From a virus (Duplodnaviria > Caudoviricetes): DNA of 64,000 nt. Made by a program: the position numbers and the translations under genes. The notes below the pieces were generated by a model. That model ran no database searches. It was not told where the DNA came from and was given only the letters and a program-made list of their open reading frames with translations. Of the stretch, positions 56,534-64,000 are shown in pieces (within the stretch, counting starts at the first letter, position 1; the number at the start of each line of letters is the position of its first letter). The stretch is taken from positions 32,001 to 96,000 of IMG/VR virus record IMGVR_UViG_3300037631_006232. One strand, given 5' to 3'.

Positions 56534-56883
56534 TGGCTAAGATAACTCCAAAACTAGAACGACATGTTTATGTATCAGGCACGCTAACCACTTCTTCCGG
56601 AGGAACTCCTTTTTACCCTAGGCAGGCTATGCATATTAAATCAGCCAAAGCTACTCTACAAGTAGCTCCTAGTGGTTCTGGTTCTACGGTGGTAAATCTT
56701 ATAAAGAACGGAGACGCTAGCGATATTGTTTATGCAGCTACTTTCTCTGCAGGTACTACCAGTGTTAGCCTTTCTACAGAAGCCACTGTAACTGCGGATA
56801 CTAAACTAAGTGTTGATGTATCTTCTGTAGCAGGAGGTTCTGCGGGTACTGATTTAATTTTTTCATTCACCTATCACAATTAA
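56533..56883 (+). CDS. small beta-rich virion protein
   Basis: TAATG coupling places the start at 56533. Ser/Thr-rich. Confidence 0.65.
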   Translation: MAKITPKLERHVYVSGTLTTSSGGTPFYPRQAMHIKSAKATLQVAPSGSGSTVVNLIKNGDASDIVYAATFSAGTTSVSLSTEATVTADTKLSVDVSSVAGGSAGTDLIFSFTYHN

Positions 56884-56895
56884 GGATAAACTATA

Positions 56896-57099
56896 ATGCA
56901 AGTAACTGTGCCCGGTAGAGGGACTTACACACTAGCTTTAAATGCTGGTAACTTAGAAGTTAGCCTAAATGGTTCTATTATATTTAAGACACTCGGTAAT
57001 CCTACTAAATTAGGTAATCCCGGCTTTGCCGACCTAAACGAAGCCAACGCTTATTTTCAAACAATCAGTTTATCTCGGACCGTAGTAGAGGAGGAGTAG
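56896..57099 (+). CDS. small hypothetical protein
   Basis: 67 aa, AAGGA RBS. Confidence 0.6.
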   Translation: MQVTVPGRGTYTLALNAGNLEVSLNGSIIFKTLGNPTKLGNPGFADLNEANAYFQTISLSRTVVEEE

Positions 57100-57101
57100 A
57101 A

Positions 57102-59099
57102 ATGGCTCTTTTAAAAACAGTAAAAGCAAAAAGAAGCGGCTCTGCTGATTACGAGCTATCTCATAAAGGTACAGCTGTGGTTATATCTCCTAATGAAGAC
57201 TTAATATTTATTAAGGATGAGGCTTATGATTATGATACTTTGCTACCTCAGTTTGATAAAAAACTAGCAGGGGGGGTAGATGTTTTTGCAGGGTACAAAG
57301 ATATCCCAACGGCCACAGCCTTGCTCTATGATAAGCCTGTAGTATTTTGCAGTCAGAATACTAGGTGGGATGAGTCTCCGGGGTCCAACCAAGGTGCTAC
57401 TTATTTTGCAAGTAATTCTAACTTCTCGTATGATAGAAACTTAGATAAAACAGCTAGGATGAACAATGGGAGTTTGTTGAAATTTTCAGATTCCGGAGGT
57501 AATGTTCACTATATAGCAACACATAACCAAGAGTACAATGCAAGTGGTTACTCTACACTAACACTGATACAGGGTTCTGATATTACCAACCCTACTAACT
57601 ATGTTATTAAAACTGGTATTACCAATCAGCAAGGAGATACAGTCGCTTCTACCAATCATGCTTGGTTATATATACCCATAGGTGTTGATACTACTAATAA
57701 ATTTATTTATTTAACCAGTGATTGTTTTAGGTCTAGTTATGCGTACCATACCCAATCTACAGATATATTCAAAGTAGCTTATACTACGGTGCCTGTAGAC
57801 GGCTCCATAACCTTAGGTACACCTACCCATGTTGATTTAAGTGTTTTTGAGGGTAATGGTAGGTTTTTAGATTCACAGCCTAGTTTTCTTGTAAGTATAG
57901 CCTCAGGCACAGCTTATTTTCTAACTATCGTAGAGAATGAGTACGACTATTGGGGCACTTCTAATAGTTCTAGTAAACAACCCTCTACCGCTGTTAAATC
58001 AGCTCATAAAGGTAGATACCGTTTTACCAGTTATAACCCAGCAACACAGACAGCTACAAGCTTGGCTGATTTAAAAGGTACTGAGGGCTTTGTAGGTAAT
58101 ACGGATAACGCGACAGAAGCAGTGTCTGATCATCTTAGCTTGCAAGCACCTAGCCACTTTGAGACCAGTCCTATAAGCGGCGAGGGTGCTTTTAAGTATG
58201 CTTACTCTGCTGGCTTTAATGCCAGTACGGGAGTGATGAGTCTACTTTCCCATAAGTGGAATACCAGTACTAATGCTTATACTGTTTCTGTATGTAGCGT
58301 AAGTTTTAGTAGCGGGTCTATGACTGATTATATTACTTATGGACAACAGGATGATCCTAAAAACTTACTAACAACACATAGATGCATCCTTACTAAAAAC
58401 GGATCTGACTACTATATTAGTGTCTGCTACACTTACGGTAGCCAAGATAACTTGGGTGCAAATACTGCCGCTACCTTAAGAAATTTAGTTACTTTTTCTA
58501 TATCGAGTACAAACTTTACAAGCTTAACTTATCACTCAAGTACTAGTTTTCCTGCTTTAGCTGTAATAGGTTTAGATTCAGATAATACATCGCTACTTTC
58601 TATTGAGGGCTCTGCTATGAAGCAGTGGTCTTTTGCAGGTAGTGGCTTTACCGAGACTGCTTCTGAATCAGGAAGTTTCGTAGCTGGGACTAAGGATTCT
58701 GATGGCCGTATATTTGGGGTAGCCTATAATCATAGTGACATGGCAAATGTGAGTGATATTACCGTATATGATGGAGGTACTGCTCATAAACCATTTAATA
58801 CCCACCTACACGTGGTTTCTAGTAGCCTGGCTAATGCTGCTACGGTCGAATTCGAGGACGCCACTATTACCTATGCCGGTAGTAATCTTTCTAAGAACGT
58901 TTTGGTTAATGCCTATAACACAAGTAGTGCTCGGGTAGCTAAAAGTGTTAAACTAGTTATTACTAGTGGTAACGCAGTGTTTACAAGTAACTCTTCTACT
59001 ACTTCTACAGTTACTACAAGTACTAGTGCGGATACGACTGTAGGTTTAACTATTAGCGGGGCAGGTATGATTACTATAAGCGCCTCATTTACTCTATAA
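57102..59099 (+). CDS. large beta-rich virion protein, possible receptor-binding protein with C-terminal Ig-like domain
   Basis: 665 aa, Ser/Thr/Tyr-rich, GAGGAG RBS. Confidence 0.6.
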   Translation: MALLKTVKAKRSGSADYELSHKGTAVVISPNEDLIFIKDEAYDYDTLLPQFDKKLAGGVDVFAGYKDIPTATALLYDKPVVFCSQNTRWDESPGSNQGATYFASNSNFSYDRNLDKTARMNNGSLLKFSDSGGNVHYIATHNQEYNASGYSTLTLIQGSDITNPTNYVIKTGITNQQGDTVASTNHAWLYIPIGVDTTNKFIYLTSDCFRSSYAYHTQSTDIFKVAYTTVPVDGSITLGTPTHVDLSVFEGNGRFLDSQPSFLVSIASGTAYFLTIVENEYDYWGTSNSSSKQPSTAVKSAHKGRYRFTSYNPATQTATSLADLKGTEGFVGNTDNATEAVSDHLSLQAPSHFETSPISGEGAFKYAYSAGFNASTGVMSLLSHKWNTSTNAYTVSVCSVSFSSGSMTDYITYGQQDDPKNLLTTHRCILTKNGSDYYISVCYTYGSQDNLGANTAATLRNLVTFSISSTNFTSLTYHSSTSFPALAVIGLDSDNTSLLSIEGSAMKQWSFAGSGFTETASESGSFVAGTKDSDGRIFGVAYNHSDMANVSDITVYDGGTAHKPFNTHLHVVSSSLANAATVEFEDATITYAGSNLSKNVLVNAYNTSSARVAKSVKLVITSGNAVFTSNSSTTSTVTTSTSADTTVGLTISGAGMITISASFTL

Positions 59100-59108
59100 G
59101 GAGTTACT

Positions 59109-59468
59109 ATGATACCTAGTTTTGTAGATGTAGTTAACTCTGTTGTAACCGTGTTAGTTGATGATAAATCCTCCAATAAAACTAAACTAGCTGCAAGCCA
59201 TGCTTATAGTAGGGTTAATCTTACTGTAGCTTCTCCTGACTCTGGTAAAATGTACGTTACACATGCCAGTAAGGTGGTTGCTAATAGTAGCTTTACTAGA
59301 GTAGAAGCTGAGGATTATACTAGCACTTCTGCATCTAAGATGGTATTAAGTACAGGTACTGAGTTCAAGCTAATAGTAAATATAGATAACTCTTCTATGA
59401 AGATAGCTAAGCAAGACTCAGAGGTTCCTACACCTACTGTATTTAATCCTACTACAACTTGGAGCTAA
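59109..59468 (+). CDS. hypothetical protein
   Basis: 119 aa, AAGGAG RBS. Confidence 0.65.
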   Translation: MIPSFVDVVNSVVTVLVDDKSSNKTKLAASHAYSRVNLTVASPDSGKMYVTHASKVVANSSFTRVEAEDYTSTSASKMVLSTGTEFKLIVNIDNSSMKIAKQDSEVPTPTVFNPTTTWS

Positions 59469-59469
59469 C

Positions 59470-59745
59470 ATGGCTGACAAAGACCCTTTTAACTACAAAC
59501 GTACCAAAGAACGCAACTTACCTTTTACCAGGGCCTCTAGATGTTTACTTGCAAACAGTAACATTAAGAAAGTTTTAAATACCTCAGGACTAAGGTTCGT
59601 AGGGGAAAATTTTCTAGAAGACGCTCTAGCAGAAGAGGGTGAAGAGGGGTACTTGGATGCGGAGAATGTTATTATGGTTCTAGTTAGGGAGATTGCTAAG
59701 CTTCATAACAAAGTTACTGAGTTAGAGGTATTACTAAATGGCTAG
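59470..59745 (+). CDS. small protein, possible fibre chaperone
   Basis: Ends in YLD..NVIMVLVREIAKLHNKVTELE, resembling the C-terminal helix of intramolecular chaperone (S74-like) domains. Confidence 0.45.
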   Translation: MADKDPFNYKRTKERNLPFTRASRCLLANSNIKKVLNTSGLRFVGENFLEDALAEEGEEGYLDAENVIMVLVREIAKLHNKVTELEVLLNG

Positions 59746-60052
59746 GAAGCGTATGGACTTTAGAAAGTATACCTTGAACAGAGTTGGGGATACTCAATTT
59801 TCTAAAGGTATAAGAAGAGTAGTGTATCTTATGCCTAGTAACTACATTCTTAGTGCTTCTAATCATATAGTTTTTTTAAATAACTATGTGGCTACCTTGC
59901 CGGATGCCAGTGACCACTCTGGTAGAGAATTTGTCATACATAATTCAGGAGCCCAAGCTAGTACTTTACTTGGAATTACAGGGGTTACCTTACAGCCTGG
60001 AGACACTGCTACTGTAATAAGTGACGGAGCTACTTGGCATCGCTTATATTAG
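59738..60052 (+). CDS. small fibre-module protein
   Basis: ATLPDA...GREFVI..TLQPG..TVISDGATW, the same module as in the 53902 and 56054 genes. Confidence 0.6.
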   Translation: MARKRMDFRKYTLNRVGDTQFSKGIRRVVYLMPSNYILSASNHIVFLNNYVATLPDASDHSGREFVIHNSGAQASTLLGITGVTLQPGDTATVISDGATWHRLY

Positions 60053-60365
60053 CGAGTTCTCGTTGCAAGTACCAAATTGCTTTTTCAAGATCTTCCTTAG
60101 GCGTACCTGCTTTTAACCCGGCCCTACATACGTACTTAACTACGTTTCCTAGGTTGAAGTTTAAACCCCAAGCTTCTATTGCTTCTATTGCTTCCACACC
60201 CGAGCTAGCTCGGTAGTGATTGGGGTGGTCTACGTTACTAGGTTCTTCTACTAAATGCATAGTAGCGTCTAGTAAGTTAGTAATCATAGGTCCTGCTCTT
60301 AAGGTAGTAGGGATAGATTCTGCTATAATTTGTAGAGCGGCTTTGCCAAAGATATCATCGTTCAT
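60030..60365 (-). CDS. DUF3310 protein (T7 gp1.7 nucleotide-kinase-like family)
   Basis: NVDHPNHY..GVEAIEAI..FNLGNVVKYVCRAGLK..EDLEKAIWYL. Confidence 0.9.
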   Translation of the reverse strand: MNDDIFGKAALQIIAESIPTTLRAGPMITNLLDATMHLVEEPSNVDHPNHYRASSGVEAIEAIEAWGLNFNLGNVVKYVCRAGLKAGTPKEDLEKAIWYLQRELANISDAK

Positions 60366-60385
60366 AGTTACTCCGGAGAATATTT

Positions 60386-61315
60386 ATGGGTACCCTAGCA
60401 CATTCCTTAGCCAGAGACACGGGTAATACTGCGTTTGCTTTCCTTACTAGAGAGAGTGATAATGCAGTGTACGATAACACTAATAGTGTTTTTGTAGAAA
60501 ATCAACAATTACATTTAACTAATGACCAAGACACTAGATCGCACTTTAGAATAAGCTACACTGAGATTAAAACGGGGCTGTACCGCTTAGAAATAGATGT
60601 GACTAATTTTTTAGACGGTAATTATACTGTTCAAAGCAGATTTTTAGACTCTAATATAGAGTCCTTGCCTATAGACGTGGTTAGTCTAGTTATATCGGGA
60701 GGAGAAGTGCAGGACGGGGCTATCAATATAGAAGCTACACTTCCAGCAGGTCTAAATATATTTGCTTATATAAAAGATGCTTTTACAGGTACCTACTTAA
60801 AAAGTGATATGAGTGGCTTTTCTGTTTTCTACCCTTTAGATGCTTTAGCAGCTGTTAGAGCTAACTTTAGGCATAGCTTTACAGGAAGTAGTACGCAGTA
60901 TCTCTTGAATAAGAGTTTAGCTACTATAGAAGATACCGTATTAGAAGTTTCTGTATACAATCTAAAAGAGGGTGTGGAGTATAAAGCAGGTTCTCCTGTT
61001 AGGGTGCATGTTTCTAACAATAAGCAGCAGAGGGGCGTCCTGTTCACTACTGTACTGGTAGACCACAACACCCCCTCGCCAGATAATCTTCAGTACTTAG
61101 CAGGTAATGGTGCTTTTATAGAAGGTGCTGATGTATATATATTTAAGCAATCTGAGTATACTTCTGGCGTCTATGATAACGCTGTAGGTAGAACAAAAAC
61201 CGACTCTTATGGTAGGTGGGTGGACTCTCTACCTGTAGAGGCAGGCAATACTTACGTAGTAGTTTTATTTAAACCATATGCTTATGGACCTGATAACACA
61301 CAAATACAACTTTAG
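60386..61315 (+). CDS. virion protein with internally repeated Ig/transthyretin-like domains
   Basis: Internal duplication (FAFL..RSHFRISY / FAYI..RANFRHSF), IEGADVYI..GRTKTDSYGRW. Confidence 0.6.
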   Translation: MGTLAHSLARDTGNTAFAFLTRESDNAVYDNTNSVFVENQQLHLTNDQDTRSHFRISYTEIKTGLYRLEIDVTNFLDGNYTVQSRFLDSNIESLPIDVVSLVISGGEVQDGAINIEATLPAGLNIFAYIKDAFTGTYLKSDMSGFSVFYPLDALAAVRANFRHSFTGSSTQYLLNKSLATIEDTVLEVSVYNLKEGVEYKAGSPVRVHVSNNKQQRGVLFTTVLVDHNTPSPDNLQYLAGNGAFIEGADVYIFKQSEYTSGVYDNAVGRTKTDSYGRWVDSLPVEAGNTYVVVLFKPYAYGPDNTQIQL

Positions 61316-61324
61316 GGAGGCCTC

Positions 61325-61807
61325 ATGGCTATTCAAGGTACCGCTGTAAATATTAATGATGAATACTCTGCTTGGGTTATTAAACCGGATGATGTTCGAG
61401 AGTTTATGCGAGATTTCCCAGATAACAACATATTATTAGATGGGGTGGAGTTTTCAGACCCAGATATAAAGAGGGCTATTACATTTACGCTTTCTATGGG
61501 TAACGTTACTGCTCGCCCTACTAATTACACTATTACGAATTTTCCAAATGCCTACACACTTCTTATGGGGGTATGTAGCTTCCTTCTCAAATCTGAAGGC
61601 TTACGGCAACTTAGAAACGAAGCTATGTATCAAGATGGTAATATACAGCCTGTAGGTATTGATAATAAGCAGCAGGCTTATGCAGCCTTAGCTGCCCAAT
61701 ACCAGCAAGAGTTTATACAAATGCTTACCGCCATTAAAATACAGGATAATTTAAATTCTTTTGGTCAAATGGGCTCTCCTGTAGGGCAAAGTAGATACAT
61801 AAGATGA
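61325..61807 (+). CDS. head-tail adaptor/neck protein (probable)
   Basis: 160 aa, helical, DDVREFMRD.P.NN.LL. Position before neck and sheath genes. Confidence 0.55.
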   Translation: MAIQGTAVNINDEYSAWVIKPDDVREFMRDFPDNNILLDGVEFSDPDIKRAITFTLSMGNVTARPTNYTITNFPNAYTLLMGVCSFLLKSEGLRQLRNEAMYQDGNIQPVGIDNKQQAYAALAAQYQQEFIQMLTAIKIQDNLNSFGQMGSPVGQSRYIR

Positions 61808-62607
61808 TTATCGCTACTATACAGAAAGTTCTACCCGTATACCCTGAGTATATGCATGTACAGTGGACTATCTCCGATCCTAATTCTCAATCTGGTAAGG
61901 TAGATTTGCTTAGAGCGGGATCTCCCGAAGGACCTTTTGAAGTGGTCGCAGAAGGCCTTCCTACAGATACGTTCTTTTATCAGGACTATGAGCTAGCTAA
62001 GTTTGGTCTTAGTCAAAACTTTTGGTACAGGTTACGAGTTACCTCTAAAGTAAAACCTGATGAGGTAGTTCTTAGTGACCCAAGAACTGTAGAGTTTAAT
62101 GCTCAGCCTCATAGATATAGAGTTGTTAGGAAAGCTAGGCGGGACTTATATATAACACTAAGCAAACTGAACGGTAGCATCTATGTTTTACTTAAAAGAA
62201 AACGGTTTGGGCCTAGATGTAGTACTTGTTATAATGAGTTTACCCAAGACGTAGTACTCAGTAATTGTGGGGAGTGTTATGCTACTGGGTACGAAGGTGG
62301 CTACCATGACCCTGTTAGTATTTGGGGTAAGTTAGACCCTACTCTCATACGTCAACAGTTTGGTACACAAGGTATTAGCGAATCCTCTATGTTAGGATTT
62401 GTAACTCTGGATTACCCCCTAATAGATCTAGAAGATATACTTGTGGAGCAACAAACTAATAGACGGTTCTTAGTAAAACAGAAAATACAGACACAGTCTA
62501 GTGGCATTCCTGTACACCAAGACTTGCAAGTCTCGGAGCTTGCTAGGACAGCTGTGGAGTATTCTATCCCTGTGAGGTTAACAGATGGCGCAGTACGAAA
62601 ATACTAA
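61804..62607 (+). CDS. neck/head-closure protein with FN3-like N-terminus and zinc finger
   Basis: VQW..LRAGSPEGPF..YQD..WYRL, RCSTC...CGECYATGYEGGY. Confidence 0.55.
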   Translation: MIIATIQKVLPVYPEYMHVQWTISDPNSQSGKVDLLRAGSPEGPFEVVAEGLPTDTFFYQDYELAKFGLSQNFWYRLRVTSKVKPDEVVLSDPRTVEFNAQPHRYRVVRKARRDLYITLSKLNGSIYVLLKRKRFGPRCSTCYNEFTQDVVLSNCGECYATGYEGGYHDPVSIWGKLDPTLIRQQFGTQGISESSMLGFVTLDYPLIDLEDILVEQQTNRRFLVKQKIQTQSSGIPVHQDLQVSELARTAVEYSIPVRLTDGAVRKY

Positions 62608-63178
62608 TAAGTATGTAGGTGAAAAATTTACTCTTGATATCATAGGTGCTTTTGTTTACGTAGTGAGGGACAGGTTTACTAATCAAAGGTTTAAAGAGTT
62701 TCCATGGAAATACTCAGAGGATTCTAATAAGACCAGGGTATTCATAGAAGCTGGCTCTGTAGATTCTTATGAGCAAAAAGATGCTCGTCCGGGAATATAC
62801 CTAGATAGGTCTAGCATGGTGTTCTCTAAGTTGGCCATTAACAACATGGCTAACTACGATGTTACTACTGGTGTAAAAGACTTTTATTGTCTAGGAGGTG
62901 GTCAGATATCCATAGACTGTATCTCACAAAATAGAGGAGAGTCTACGACATTGGCAGATATAGTGGCTAGCCATGTATTAATGAGTGAGGATGTCTTTAG
63001 ATCTGTACTGAGTTTTAGAGACATGAGTCCTGTTACTTTAGGAGCTACTCAACCTTGGGAAAAGGATGATAGAACTTTTATAACTAGGGTTACTACTGAG
63101 TTTACTTATGACTTATCTTGGAAAATAGACCCTCTGGCTGTAAGATTAGAAAGAATATTTACTTCTGTAAAAACATAG
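62585..63178 (+). CDS. tail completion/terminator-like protein (probable)
   Basis: 197 aa, alpha/beta pattern, directly upstream of the sheath-like gene. Confidence 0.5.
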   Translation: MAQYENTNKYVGEKFTLDIIGAFVYVVRDRFTNQRFKEFPWKYSEDSNKTRVFIEAGSVDSYEQKDARPGIYLDRSSMVFSKLAINNMANYDVTTGVKDFYCLGGGQISIDCISQNRGESTTLADIVASHVLMSEDVFRSVLSFRDMSPVTLGATQPWEKDDRTFITRVTTEFTYDLSWKIDPLAVRLERIFTSVKT

Positions 63179-63251
63179 CCTACTTGTTAAAAACAGCCAG
63201 TCTAAGCATAATTCTTATATACATCTATGTTTATAATTTAGGAGAATGACA

Positions 63252-64000
63252 ATGCCTAGGCCATTGGTAGAAGTGCGTCAGTCCGTACTTAATCCTGTTG
63301 TAACCATAAACGATCCTCAGCAACAGGTTTGTTTAGTCGGTTTACACGTTAAGGATGTTGAAAACAAAATTTTAAAATCTGTAGATCGCATAGCTGATGT
63401 GCCTGCAGGTAATTCCCTATATATAACTGCCCAGTTCGCAGACCATCAGGCAGTGTCGGTCAGTGAGCCTGGAACAGTTATAAATCAGGATATTGATCTA
63501 GGAGATGATGCTTATGATATTGAAGGTGATTTAGAAGTCATCTTTAAAAAAGTTGTGGTAGCTGAGGCCGAACTTACTGCAGGATATTCTAACGCAGTTG
63601 ATGCTACTTTTGTATCAGGTAGCATACTTTTGGCGGACCCCGACCTTCTAGATGCGTATGCAGATAGAGATCTAAGTAAGATGAGTATCGCTTTACAGCC
63701 CGCATCCACTCATTTTAATAAATTGGTGGCCTCCACAAACTCCAGCGTAGATTTTTCCACAGGAATCCTAGGTACAGGAAACTCTGCCGAAGTTAATGAA
63801 TTCTTGCGAGATCTAGCTCCCGGAGGCTCGGTATTTCTGTATGACACTGTTAATACTGCTTTCAGGACTTTTAAGGTTATTAGAAAAACTGCGAGCGCTA
63901 TTTACCTAAGAGGCATTGATGCAGTTTCTCGAGCTATGTTGGTGGAAAACTCTTCAAGCTTTAGTGTCTATTCGACTGCTGCTCTGGCTGATATTATTCC
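63252..64000 (+). CDS. 3'-truncated probable tail sheath protein
   Basis: Absent from the track because no stop falls in the window. Open to the end. AGGAG RBS, MPRPLVEVRQ...P...VCLVG resembles sheath N-termini. Confidence 0.6.
   Translation, partial: MPRPLVEVRQSVLNPVVTINDPQQQVCLVGLHVKDVENKILKSVDRIADVPAGNSLYITAQFADHQAVSVSEPGTVINQDIDLGDDAYDIEGDLEVIFKKVVVAEAELTAGYSNAVDATFVSGSILLADPDLLDAYADRDLSKMSIALQPASTHFNKLVASTNSSVDFSTGILGTGNSAEVNEFLRDLAPGGSVFLYDTVNTAFRTFKVIRKTASAIYLRGIDAVSRAMLVENSSSFSVYSTAALADII

Noticed and set aside
1-64000. TAG stop-codon reassignment
   Set aside because: Despite the TAG-rich sequence, conserved genes are uninterrupted in the standard code and many end at TAG just before the next gene.

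Overview
A 64-kb piece of a large tailed dsDNA phage genome, probably a myovirus (a tail-sheath-like ORF runs off the right end), read in the standard genetic code. The host cannot be determined from this window. Minus strand: replication and early genes (RuvC-like resolvase, retron-type reverse transcriptase, metallopeptidase-vWA plus MoxR AAA+ pair, family A DNA polymerase with a UDG-like N-terminus, primase-helicase, two PD-(D/E)XK nucleases, probable SSB, ParB-like protein, SNF2 helicase, DUF3310). Plus strand: GpA-type terminase, sigma-70 factor, portal, a two-chain bacterial-type RNA polymerase (beta fused to beta'-N, plus beta'-C), head proteins rich in K-x-A motifs, prohead protease, major capsid, fibre and neck proteins. 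The standout observation is a 600-nt non-coding block (15308-15908). It holds five tandem structured units that differ in sequence but share one architecture: a closing inverted repeat, a G.G opposition on the minus strand, fixed GCU(A/U) and UUG ends, and a YUA-triloop hairpin. It has its own minus-strand promoter motif. This looks like an array of five different retron msr-msd RNAs, and a retron-type RT with no adjacent ncRNA lies 6.6 kb away on the same strand. All calls come from reading motifs by eye; no searches or folding programs were run.
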